The notes beneath the pieces were generated by a model. That model was not told the origin of the DNA, ran no database searches, and worked only from the letters and a program-made list of their open reading frames with translations. Positions 30,469 to 40,082 of a stretch of DNA of 64,000 bases are shown here, piece by piece. The DNA comes from Candidatus Versatilivorator sp. (GTDB lineage Bacteria; Acidobacteriota; Terriglobia; Versatilivoradales; Versatilivoraceae): NCBI GenBank assembly GCA_965207735.1, contig OZ242296.1:4224001-4288000 (forward strand), in the 5' to 3' direction. Each line of letters begins with the position of its first letter. The first letter of the stretch is position 1. The position numbers and the translations under genes were made by a program.

Positions 30469-30532
30469 TAAACCGTTGATTTATATAAATCAAAGATCTT
30501 TGATTAGATTGGGTTGCCCCCACAGTTGCCCC
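30469..30532 (-). promoter_or_regulatory. att-like accessory region: IHF consensus plus two GTTGCCCC direct repeats
   Basis: Minus-strand AATCAACGGTTTA (30469-30481) fits WATCAANNNNTTR; gttgcccccacagttgcccc at 30513-30532. Confidence 0.55.
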
Positions 30533-30674
30533 TGGATCATTGGGAGTAACAGCCACCCTCCCAACAGCCACCCTCCCAACGGCCTCATGGTTCCCGGCGG
30601 CGTCATGTTCTGCCCGGCGCTCACACCTGCAACAATGCCAGCAACGCACTCCGCGTTACTGGCCCGCCGTTGCT

Positions 30675-31499
30675 TCACTCCGGTGACACAGCAACCTCAA
30701 CATCGGAGAGCTTAATTTCAGGCAACTCCTGGACGGGATCATATTCGGTTTCCGCCACCCGGCAGATGATCCTCCTGATGACCTCCATCAGGAAACGGCG
30801 TTCCACGTCCGTGAGGGGAACCAGATCAGTAGGGGAGCGGTACGCCTTCCTGGCCTCGTTACGACTGCCTCTCTCAGACGAGAGTTCTCCGATCTTGTCC
30901 AGAACTTCCGGCTCGATGCGAAATTTCTCGGCAGCCTGTTTGCGCTTTTGGCTACGCCTCCGCTTGTGTTGCTGGTCAGATTGACTGACCGATGCCTCCA
31001 AGACAGTCAGACAGAAATAGGCCATGCTCGCCAATGGCTCCTTACCTGCACGACTATGAATGAAGCGGTCGTGCATGCTTTGCGCATTTGAAGAGACGTG
31101 CTTGAAGGTTGATGGCGGCGCGGGGTAGGGACGGGGAGTGATCACCGTCAGTTCGCCCTGCACATTCGGCGGCGGAACCACCAAATCGCCACGGAGGCTA
31201 ACCTTACCCGGCGTTGGTTTCCGGTCCTCAATCTTGTAATCCCTGAAGACCAGCTTGAACACCTTGGGTCCGTATTTAAGACTCGCAGAGAACTCCCACG
31301 CGCAAATGAAATTGCGAACGGCTTCCTGGGCCTCATTTGCCGACGCATAGTGCGCCTTCATCTCGAAGCGGACCTGCTCCTGCTCTGCGTGGACGCGAAA
31401 CGCCTCTTCCTCGTGATGGTATGGCTTCGCGTCACTGTAATCTACAGACCGGTCGGGCTTGATCTTGTAAAGCAGCGAGACGACGTGCGGGTCGTTCAT
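30675..31499 (-). CDS. Hypothetical protein, possibly with a HEPN-like C-terminus
   Basis: Long ORF from MNDPHV; helical C-terminus AYFCLTVLE...NEARK; no canonical RxxxxH. Confidence 0.55.
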   Translation of the reverse strand: MNDPHVVSLLYKIKPDRSVDYSDAKPYHHEEEAFRVHAEQEQVRFEMKAHYASANEAQEAVRNFICAWEFSASLKYGPKVFKLVFRDYKIEDRKPTPGKVSLRGDLVVPPPNVQGELTVITPRPYPAPPSTFKHVSSNAQSMHDRFIHSRAGKEPLASMAYFCLTVLEASVSQSDQQHKRRRSQKRKQAAEKFRIEPEVLDKIGELSSERGSRNEARKAYRSPTDLVPLTDVERRFLMEVIRRIICRVAETEYDPVQELPEIKLSDVEVAVSPE

Positions 31500-31950
31500 C
31501 GGTAGTAGACCTGTTCGGTTTCTCCGATCTGCTTGCACACCTACCAGAAGACGCGGGGAGACTCTGAATGCCCCACAATTCGTGATCCTAGCCGGCCTGG
31601 CTGGGCAGCTACCTTGAAAATACTGCCTGGGCGAATTTCGACCCTTTACGGCCGGGAAAGAGGTCCGGAAATGCTCGCCTCCCGCACCAGAGGCCGCAAA
31701 TGCGCCAGGATGTCCGGCTCCACTTCCTACAGTGGCGAAAGCCAGTCTTGGCCGGTGTCGATTGTCCGCTGAATCAACAGCCCGGTAGCCGACTCGGTGG
31801 TAGAAAGTTCACGCCATTCTCCACGGCTTCGCCAAGGTAGGCCAACTCCTGCCAACTCCACAGGCGGAGAGTGAAGAACTCGCAAAAACCGCAACATGCG
31901 AGGGGTGACTCAATCAATATTGGGGAATTATATACCTAAGTAACGAGGGA

Positions 31951-32112
31951 TTATTGAAAGCATCCAGACGTAAGGTGAAAAACAATGTTGGCAATCGTTG
32001 CTCCGGCGAGCACCATTGTAAAAAATGCCAAGACCCATGTGGCTCTGGCTAGATTTTTCGCATGTTTTTCCAGAATCTCTTGGTGTTGCAATTCCCGTTG
32101 GTAAGGGTCCAT
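31951..32112 (-). CDS. Small single-pass membrane protein
   Basis: AAGGAA RBS; hydrophobic ATWVLAFFTMVLAGATIANIVF. Confidence 0.5.
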   Translation of the reverse strand: MDPYQRELQHQEILEKHAKNLARATWVLAFFTMVLAGATIANIVFHLTSGCFQ

Positions 32113-32270
32113 TAAACTTTCCTTATTCAACCGACTCAATGCCGTGGTAGTTCTCGCATGGTCTGGTTCGGCGACAGGCTTCCAGAAACGACACAGGACG
32201 GCAGAAATCGTACGGGTTGCCGCCGTTTTGCATTGCCGCAACAATTTCTTGGATTTGTGACGGTTCCACG

Positions 32271-33371
32271 CTATTCGGATCGCCAGTCCGCGGCAAGCAG
32301 ACTGAGCGCCTTGGGCGCTCCTTCGCATTTTAAGACTGGGTAGGAACGAACCATACGGTTGAGGTTCATGTATGCGGTCGGGGATTCTGAAAACGTACCG
32401 TTCGTCTTTCTCACATAGATGGCATAGCGGATGCCATCCGTCAGGACAAGGCGACTGCACTTTTCGCGTCTGGAACTGCAAGCGTATTGAGTACCCTGGT
32501 TTTTGGACGATAGGCACGAATGGCCGAGTCTCTTAACCTCAACGACAGCTGCCAGGTTTTCATCAGTGCGCTGAAAACAGTCGAAATCCGTGAGTTGGAG
32601 CCTGTCGAAAAGCGCGATGTCGATTTTGTCCCATTCGACGGCCATTCGTTGTGGCGTCCAGCCCAATGTCCGCAGCAAGGGCACAACCAGGTACGCAACT
32701 GTTTCGGACTCCGAAGGATGTGTACCCCTACGTCGATACCATGAGGCGATCTGCTGGAGGCCACGCATGCTTTCGGCAAGTGCATTGATCGCGCCTGCCG
32801 CCGTTCCCTGGTCGAACAGATACTCGGCGAGCTCGCCTATGTCGATTTGCGGGATGGGTTCGTTAGGGCGGCACGACGACGGAAGTGCAGGTAACTCTGT
32901 ATCGCCCTCTGGTAGTTGCAATAGCCATTCGAACACCGGCCCTGTCCGGTATAACCTCTGTATCGTGTCACCCCATTTGAGCGTCCTCGTGCCAAACCTC
33001 TTAGGTTCGCCGTTCGCGGCCTTCCAGCACCACCTCACGCGACGGACGAGCTGAATGTCCCACCCGTCAATGTCGCCGAAGTCGTCGTACCATTTCACCG
33101 GGCCTTCTACCCGGCCGACTCCATAGACTTCGCTGGTGCCCAACCTTAGGACAACGATGTCGCCACCGTTGATGTCTTCGTGGTATTTGCGTATCATGCC
33201 AATCTTCTTTTGCGTCTCTTCGTCGTCGCGAAGAGGGGCCTCACAATCAGGCCACGGCCCTCGGGAGCCTGGGCCAAATAGAACGACCCCCCATTGCAGG
33301 CACAAATCCGCATACGACCGAACAGTGTCCCCAGCAGCTATTTGCCAAACCTCTTCATCGCCGACGTTCAT
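32271..33371 (-). CDS. EVE/PUA-like N-domain fused to an HsdR-N-type PD-(D/E)xK nuclease
   Basis: WQIAAG...GDIVVL...GVGRV...RRVRW; SESETVAYLVVPLLRTLGW, IDIALF, VEVK, QYA, LTDGIRY. Confidence 0.7.
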   Translation of the reverse strand: MNVGDEEVWQIAAGDTVRSYADLCLQWGVVLFGPGSRGPWPDCEAPLRDDEETQKKIGMIRKYHEDINGGDIVVLRLGTSEVYGVGRVEGPVKWYDDFGDIDGWDIQLVRRVRWCWKAANGEPKRFGTRTLKWGDTIQRLYRTGPVFEWLLQLPEGDTELPALPSSCRPNEPIPQIDIGELAEYLFDQGTAAGAINALAESMRGLQQIASWYRRRGTHPSESETVAYLVVPLLRTLGWTPQRMAVEWDKIDIALFDRLQLTDFDCFQRTDENLAAVVEVKRLGHSCLSSKNQGTQYACSSRREKCSRLVLTDGIRYAIYVRKTNGTFSESPTAYMNLNRMVRSYPVLKCEGAPKALSLLAADWRSE

Positions 33372-33557
33372 GAGACGTTTCCTTGTGAGCCTGTAGCCGT
33401 GGCGAAGCTGCGGAGGCCCCGCCATCGCTACAGCAGCTGACTTTCGCGGTTCTGGGTTAAGGCCTCGTCCATCATGCAATCTAGGCGGGTGACGCCGGCC
33501 CTGGTGCAGGGCCCCGGACTCACTGGTTAAGCCAATGCCCTCCTATGTGCGCCTTCT

Positions 33558-33995
33558 CTATGTGGCCAGGTCCTCGGCTGTGAGCTCGGTCGGTTCGACT
33601 AGGCGATAGTGTTTCTCGTCCAACACTTTGACCTCTCCCTTGATGAGTTCGAAAGCGAACAAAGCAATCACGTCATCGCTCATGAATTGTGCAGCTACCG
33701 GACGGCAAACAAGATCAGGATACTTCTCGTGGCACAATGCCATGTCTTGCTCGATTTGAACGATGTTCAATTCGTCTCGGCCGCCCTTTGCCTGAACGGG
33801 AATGACGTACTGGCAGCGTTTTGCGTCTACACCTACAAACAACTCGTCCGTTTCAACCTGTCCGATGCCTTTGACAGCGGAGCGAAGGTGATTTTGCAGC
33901 TAATAGCAAGTGATTCCGGTGAAGATGTCAATCAGCCGGTTGTACCGGACTTTTGACAGCAAAGCTTGCTCGTCTCCAAGCGCGTACTTGGCGAA
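33558..33995 (-). pseudogene. Decayed Type II-like restriction endonuclease
   Basis: YALGDEQALLSKVRYNRLIDIFTGITCY*LQNHLR...QVETDELFVG...PVQAKGG; internal TAG, no N-terminus. Confidence 0.7.
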
Positions 33996-34045
33996 TCACG
34001 GCTACCAACTGTTTCACACTATCGGCTTCCGCCATCGATAAACCC

Positions 34046-34130
34046 TCACACGAAATTCCTCTCCACAATATTCCGCGTAGTCCGTCGCCGACGGCGGACC
34101 ACGGCCGCTCGAACCAGCATGGCCGAACGG
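34046..34130 (-). pseudogene. Second 3' remnant of a XerC/D-like recombinase
   Basis: GHA...RRRRRTTRNIVER tail, homologous to the 16890-17066 remnant. Confidence 0.5.
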
Positions 34131-34738
34131 GAGCGAACCACTCCATAAGTGTAGACCTTCACCTTGTCCGTTTTCAGTTCGCTTGCGATGTTCCAGGGAC
34201 CGCTCTTGAACTCCACCCCGTCATCATATTCCCCCCAAAACCGTGAGCTTTGTCGGGTAGGCTGCGTTTTCCCGGCCTCCGGCGTGCCCCAATATCCCCA
34301 CAGGACTTCCAGGGCGATTCCGGATCTCTTAGCTGGCGAAGCCCTTGCTCGTTGTGGTCCATCCGGGTTTTCATCCCGAGCCGCACGATTACAACGCACA
34401 CAGTTGCGCTGTGCTGCATCTTCTCAGGGTCGGATGACCGTAGTACCCAGGATTTCAGAGGCCTTCGGGATCTTATCAAAAGTATGAGCAACGGTTACAC
34501 ATTAACGGTTTGAAGCAGGAAGGGAGAGCGACAAAACGATTTACCTCTACTTGAAAATCACCTTCTGATGGTCCTTTCTTGGAGTTCCTTTTCTCATAAA
34601 GTATCTCAAATCACGGAACCTACGTCGGAGAGTAACCACAGCCAGGATTTTCAATGATTTTCAACGACTTACAGACACCCGCAAGGGCGGGATCTTTTTT
34701 TGGGAAGTGAAACCTGATACTGTCTTGCGGGGGCTGTC

Positions 34739-35236
34739 TTGAAGCAGCATGTGTTTAGGGTTTTCTCTGCCCTGTTCTCGGGGGTGGTGGAGTATTTCAT
34801 CACTCAGGAGTGGTCGCCTTTCAGAGCGGCACTTACCGCAATAGCGGCCTACCTGGCCTTGATTGGCCTAGACAAAGCCACCACGTGGTTTCGCCCCAGA
34901 AATCCCAATGCTGGTTCGCCCAGAACTCCGAAAGAAATGATGGCAGAGGTTAAGGGGAAAACCGACCTAGCTGCCAACGAGATTTCCAAGAGACACTCAG
35001 GGCGTTCACTCAGATTCAGTGGTTATATCTCTGACATTATTGATGATCCCAGCTTTACTCTGGTTTTTTGTGAGTCAAAGAAAGGGGACAGGTGGGCCTG
35101 TAGTTTCTGTCGCAAAAAGTGGCGACGCAAGCTATCAACCTACAACCAAGGAGATAAGATCGAAGGTATCGGAATCATTACCTCTGTCTCCTCACACTCG
35201 GTGAGTTTAGACAAGTGCAGATTAGAAGAACCCTAG
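34739..35236 (+). CDS. Membrane-anchored OB-fold (tRNA_anti-like) protein
   Basis: Two N-terminal hydrophobic segments; FSGYISDI...CSF...QGDKIEGIGII...SLDKC. Confidence 0.6.
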   Translation: MKQHVFRVFSALFSGVVEYFITQEWSPFRAALTAIAAYLALIGLDKATTWFRPRNPNAGSPRTPKEMMAEVKGKTDLAANEISKRHSGRSLRFSGYISDIIDDPSFTLVFCESKKGDRWACSFCRKKWRRKLSTYNQGDKIEGIGIITSVSSHSVSLDKCRLEEP

Positions 35237-35316
35237 CTGAAGGGGGGGCAGAACGAAGCGTACCATTCTCTGATCCGCTTCCGACAAACCTGTGAATCAA
35301 GGAGAATCCAACCCTA

Positions 35317-35597
35317 TGACCAACATAAGGCTGCTTCAGTCGATCGTGAGATATTGCGATAGGCGAATGTCCGAAGGGAAACTACCCGCCACACTCGATG
35401 GCAGCGATGATTTTTGGACACATTTTAATGACGAACACGCAAACCGCCTGGTTTCTCTCCTCACTTCGGGAATTGACTCAGGGCTCTTATCTGGAAAACA
35501 CGAAGTCAATCCTTTAGACGGTGGCGCTACATTCTCCATCACGATCTATGGAGTCACTCTCGAGGGACTCAAGTTTTCCCAAATTAGAGGACTGTAA
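35317..35597 (+). CDS. Hypothetical protein
   Basis: AAGGAG upstream of MTNIR; winged-helix-like tail GVTLEGLKF. Confidence 0.45.
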
Positions 35598-36146
35598 GCA
35601 GTCGCTCGACCAGCCAATAAAGGATTCATCGTACAGGCAACATGTCGGAGGGAAAAAGGTGCCTACCATGGGTGGAGCCGAGTGGCTTGTGATACTGATT
35701 ATTTTTTTTTGGATGGATAATCAGTATGATTATTCAGACTCACCGGGCGGTTCATAGAATTGAAAAGAGGCTGTCTGAAGAACAAGAGCCAACCAGAAAA
35801 GCGAATGCCTGACAACAAAAGGAGGTCGGAAGTCGGTAGGTCGCTGAAATCCATCGCTCTCGTAGGCCACGTTTGATCGGAAGCAAAGCGCGTTGCAGAT
35901 CGTCAGGTCTATTTCTCGCTGGCCACAACAACCCGATCGGGACGGAGCCTGCTTAGACAGGAGTATGCGGCTGTGTGCCGAAAAACCCCACTATGAACCC
36001 GCGCCTTGGGGTTGCGGAAAAGGGAGAGGGTCGGTGTGTTTGGCTCCCTGGAATATACGTACTATCATGATTCTAAGGAGTGGGTGCAGACCAAACCGCA
36101 GATCGTCGCCACACAGATTATCCAGTCGGGGTGAGGAGGGAGTTAC

Positions 36147-36371
36147 ATGGAAGACACGTCCACGACAGTTCAGCCTGCCATCGGAAAGGCTAAACCGATC
36201 AGTGTCCACGTCGGGATTTCAGCGCCCACTGGGACAGCCGGACCGCCCCCCACACCCCCGGACGATTACTGGGCGATTTTCGACAAGATCATCAAGCTGG
36301 ACCGGATTGCAGAGATTCTGGCGGATCTTGTGAAAGTGTTCTTCCGAAGTAGTAGCCCGGTAAGTCGCTAA
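36147..36371 (+). CDS. Small hypothetical protein
   Basis: Strong GGAGG RBS; 74 aa, Pro-rich linker and amphipathic C-terminus. Confidence 0.35.
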   Translation: MEDTSTTVQPAIGKAKPISVHVGISAPTGTAGPPPTPPDDYWAIFDKIIKLDRIAEILADLVKVFFRSSSPVSR

Positions 36372-36711
36372 ATGATGCTCGACACTATTCCCCTTGAAGT
36401 GACCGAGATCCGGCAGTACCGTTACCACACTGTGCACACCTACCTCGTAATATCACTTGCCCGCACCAGGTCCAGCAAAGCGAGCTCCTTCGGGGTAGGT
36501 CAGCGTAAGCAGGACAACCCGGGTCCGGGTCTTTAGCCTTCCCACAGGGAATGCCGCTTCAGAATGGGCTGATCGTCCAACCAGGTCCCATAGTGTACAT
36601 AACTGACTTAACTACAGTCCGTTATGAGCATGATTGAGCATCCATCCATTCCCATAGCGTTCTGCGCCGTACCCTTGTATCCCACCTATTTCGGGGAGTA
36701 TGATGGTGGGT

Positions 36712-36885
36712 ATGACGCTTTCCAAACGCCCTCCCCAACGCAAGCCCCCCGGCCAGCACCCCGACAACGCGCTCACGCCCCTCTTTGTCCGCAGCGTGAG
36801 CCAGTCCAGACGCTATTTGACGGCCAGGGCCTCTATCTCGACGTGCGTCCCTCGGGCAGCCGGGGCTGGATCCAGCGCCTCACCT
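36712..36885 (+). pseudogene. 5' remnant of a P4-type integrase arm domain (frameshifted)
   Basis: HPDNALTPLFVRSV / FDGQGLYLDVRPSGSRGWIQRL, homologous to the Int1 N-terminus. Confidence 0.8.
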
Positions 36886-37329
36886 TCCGATTCCTCCCCC
36901 TCGCGAGCGGCGCGCCGGCGCACCGCGCGAGGCCGGGGGGACAGCGAGGCCGGCGCCGCACCGCGTAGTGCCGGGGAGCCAGCCTACCCAAGTAGAGTCG
37001 AGGACTGGCGCGTTGACTATAGGGTCCGCCCTGGCTGCTACCAACCGGAGCGACAGTTGTTGGGCGGGGTTCGCACCCGCCAGAAGAAGGCGCCTTTCCA
37101 CGGCGCACTGTAATACATTGGGGCTGGCGAGGGGCTCCGCCCCTTCGAACCCCCGACCGGGGAGAGCTCTCCCCTGGCCCCCCCATCACCCCCGCCGCTC
37201 CCGTCTCCCTCTCTCATGCCGGCGTGGCGTTCAATGGGGTCCTGCCACCCCCTGATTCCACGAACCTTGCCGGGCAGGCTGGACTTCGTACGGGTAACCG
37301 ATCCCTTCATGCATGCCCTCTTTGCCGGC

Positions 37330-37495
37330 CGTGCTGAACCCGAATAGGGGCTTCAGGGGCTTCGAGGAATGGGGTAGAGTGCTCGGCGACGAAGTGATAG
37401 CCGCGGCGCTCATCGACCGGCTGCTGCACCACTGTCACATCGTCAATATCTGGGGCAACAGCTACCGGATGTGGGAGAATCAGGTCTGGCTCCGG
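37330..37495 (+). pseudogene. istB: IS21-family IstB ATPase C-terminal fragment
   Basis: FEEWGRVLGDEVIAAALIDRLLHHCHIVNIWGNSYR. Confidence 0.85.
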
Positions 37496-37562
37496 GTCGC
37501 GAGGTGACCGTCGGCCCGTCGGCCTTGCGACGCGTTTCGGGCCGTACTCTGGCCGCTTGAAA

Positions 37563-37601
37563 ATGGTGCGCCTTATCTGTCCAAGAAATCAGGGGCGGTA
37601 C
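37563..37601 (+). mobile_element. IS3-family right-end remnant
   Basis: ...TGTCCAAGAAATCAGGGGCGGTACA; near-reverse-complement of 50735-50773. Confidence 0.6.
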
Positions 37602-37609
37602 AGAAGAGC

Positions 37610-38878
37610 ATGCGATTAATGTCTATCGTTTCCACGATATCAAATGGAAGTAGACCCTGTGGAAGTAATGGGACCGGACCGCATCGAAGACGGAGAGTGA
37701 GTCTCCTGCCGCGCTCAGCCGTTCTTTGGCTCTTGATTGTGGCTGTTGCTCCCGTAACAGCGTACGTCGCAGCATCTCTTAAGCCCTCCAACGCTTGGGC
37801 TGAGCCAAAATCGGGTTGGCTTTACGTTCTGGATCCGAGAGTTGCGAGTGGGAAGTCCATGGTGTGGCTGGTAGATCCAAGAGAGGGGATCAAAGGAAGA
37901 CTGGAAGCCGGCTACGCTCCTTTCTTTGCTCTGTCTCCCGATGGGACCCGTCTCTATGTTTCGTCGCGGCCCCCCGGTCCTCCCGGCTCAGGTGTGTCTT
38001 CCGACAAGCTCTGGACAATCGATACTGCAACCGGGGATCTGCTTCAGCAAGTCAAGCTTTCCGATAGGGTTACTTACACGTTGCCCGCACCCGGGGGACT
38101 GGCGGTGTCGCCGGATGGCCGTTATGTCTATGTAGCCAAAAGCCGCACGATTCGTCCAGGTGTGCACGAGCAGGCAATACAAACCTTTGACACCATCAGG
38201 AAAAGATTCTTGTCGGAAGAGGCTGTGTTGCCACGTTGTGGTTTCCCCGAGATCATTCCGGTCTCCGGGACATGGCAGTTGGTCGTGATGTGCGGCTCCA
38301 GGGGAGCCCGTTGCATCAACCTGGCTTCCGATGGTTCTGTGAAGCAATCTCAGTTTGTGGAAGTGCCGATCAGCTTGTCCGCAGTTACGTCAGGCAGGAG
38401 GGTATTGAAGAGACCCCTCGCGCAGACCTCTCCTTCAGCCGATGCTCGGAAACTCGGACTGATTATGAACAACGGAGAGATATTTGAGGCGGAGATCGGA
38501 GACAGTCCGTTTCGGATCAATCCAACGCTGGCTCCTCCATTGCATCCGTCGCACACAGTACTTCAGGTCGGGGGCTCACGCCGTTCCTCCAACGGCGCCA
38601 AAGCATTCGTCAGCTGCGCCTCGAAGGAGCTTGTACACACGTCGCTCACAGCCGATGAGATCCACATCTATGACACCACAAACTCTTGGACCCGTGAGGC
38701 GATTATCAGGACCCCAGTTCCGTGTAGCGATCTAGTGTTGAGTGGCGATGGCCGGAATGTCTATGGCATCAGTCCGCAGACGAGGACTCTGCTGACAATA
38801 AATTTAGGCACCGGACAAGTGGAAACGAGCGTTGGAGGAATTGGAGTACAACCTAGGCTCCTGGCCATTGCACCATAA
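37610..38878 (+). CDS. Secreted YVTN/YncE-type beta-propeller protein (true start probably downstream)
   Basis: Hydrophobic signal-like segment; repeated ALSPDGTRLYV, AVSPDGRYVYV, LSGDGRNVYG blades. Confidence 0.8.
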   Translation: MRLMSIVSTISNGSRPCGSNGTGPHRRRRVSLLPRSAVLWLLIVAVAPVTAYVAASLKPSNAWAEPKSGWLYVLDPRVASGKSMVWLVDPREGIKGRLEAGYAPFFALSPDGTRLYVSSRPPGPPGSGVSSDKLWTIDTATGDLLQQVKLSDRVTYTLPAPGGLAVSPDGRYVYVAKSRTIRPGVHEQAIQTFDTIRKRFLSEEAVLPRCGFPEIIPVSGTWQLVVMCGSRGARCINLASDGSVKQSQFVEVPISLSAVTSGRRVLKRPLAQTSPSADARKLGLIMNNGEIFEAEIGDSPFRINPTLAPPLHPSHTVLQVGGSRRSSNGAKAFVSCASKELVHTSLTADEIHIYDTTNSWTREAIIRTPVPCSDLVLSGDGRNVYGISPQTRTLLTINLGTGQVETSVGGIGVQPRLLAIAP

Positions 38879-38974
38879 TCTTTCGCACACCAACCAGAAC
38901 ATTTCGACTCACCAGTGCATCGCCGCTTTCCCAGTTAACCTCCGACTTGCGGATATCGCTGAAAATCAGGCTCA

Positions 38975-39140
38975 ACACGTTGCATCATCTTTCGCCGTCC
39001 CGGCAAGTGGGCCGTCCGGTTGTAAACCCCCTTATGATGAACCCGCGCAGCGTGAGCCAGCTGGTGTTCAATTAAGTCGGGTCGAAAACCCAACACTTCA
39101 TCCCGCAGGATCCTCGCCATGGCCCGAAAGCCGTGCATCC
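38975..39140 (-). pseudogene. IntA-type integrase C-terminal fragment
   Basis: HGFRAMAR..DEVLGFRPDLIEHQLAH...YNRTAHL, paralogous to 27808-28120. Confidence 0.85.
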
Positions 39141-39203
39141 TCATCCGATCCGGTTGTACGTCCATGCCTCAAATCCCTGGTAGCGTCAGACGTTAGGTCC
39201 CCA

Positions 39204-39341
39204 GTAACCGTTCGGTCAAGCCGTGGAGTCCATCCGCCGTCCGGAGGAGGCAAAGCGAGCAGAACCGACGGATCGCCTGTGATTGCAGGCACCTCCAACT
39301 TCGTCCGGGTCCAAGCCATCACGGCTTGACCGAACGGTTAC
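39204..39341. mobile_element. 138-bp MITE with IS66-like GTAA...TTAC ends
   Basis: Perfect 22-bp IR GTAACCGTTCGGTCAAGCCGTG (39204-39225/39320-39341); GGTCCCCA at 39196 and 39345. Confidence 0.65.
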
Positions 39342-39623
39342 CATGGTCCCCACAGCAAAACGGATTCCGAAACCACATTGATTGAGGGTGACCAATGGGG
39401 GGACCACTCGCTGCTTGACGGGACATAAATATAATCTAGTGAACACCTTAACTGAGTTCACCAGCAATCGGACCATCCCCTCAAATCACTGTCCAAAGAA
39501 ATCGTGGGGCGGCGGAGGCCGTCACAATGACCGTCGATCCAGCACCCTAAGCCAAATGGCCATGATGGTCCAAGGTGCGGGTTGCAAGCGGTTGCAGTAT
39601 TGGGATGTGGTGGGGTAGGAGAT

Positions 39624-39908
39624 CTACTGATTTGTTATGTTTTTTGAGACATTGGGCAACCAGATATCAATCATTCGTCCCCACATGCGAGTAATTTGAA
39701 GAATTGCTTGGTCAACGACTTCCTTTTTGGATGCGGTTTTCGACAGCTTGACGTGTTCAGAAAAATCGTAGACACTCCCGACCCGACAGTCTTTGATTTG
39801 AAAACTCACCTTCCAACATTGATCGTGCTGTTTGTAGGTGCGCGTTACATGAATTGAGCCCGAAGAATTGTCATTTTGGTAGCAATCCTCTGTCATGTCG
39901 TCAGTCAT
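39624..39908 (-). CDS. Hypothetical protein
   Basis: AAGGA RBS; low-GC 94-aa ORF between two copies of the 46-bp repeat. Confidence 0.4.
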   Translation of the reverse strand: MTDDMTEDCYQNDNSSGSIHVTRTYKQHDQCWKVSFQIKDCRVGSVYDFSEHVKLSKTASKKEVVDQAILQITRMWGRMIDIWLPNVSKNITNQ

Positions 39909-40020
39909 TGTTGTTTTTCCTTATGTTGGACGGGTTGCGACCGTCCGGTGTGCTACCAGCCCGGGTTCGGGGCCGATCCTTATTGCTGGCGTTTCCTGAC
40001 CAGCGGTTCATCACTCCCTC

Positions 40021-40066
40021 GCCCCACGATTTCTTTGGACAGTGATTTGAGTGACTGTTTGAGAAG
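40021..40066 (-). repeat. 46-bp repeat, inverted partner of 50682-50727; partial third copy at 39481-39510
   Basis: 42/46 match to the reverse complement of 50682-50727. Confidence 0.85.
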
Positions 40067-40082
40067 ACACAGGAGAGAAGAA

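Noticed and set aside
30548-30580. 15-bp tandem duplication AACAGCCACCCTCCC
   Set aside because: Only two copies; likely slippage with no functional evidence
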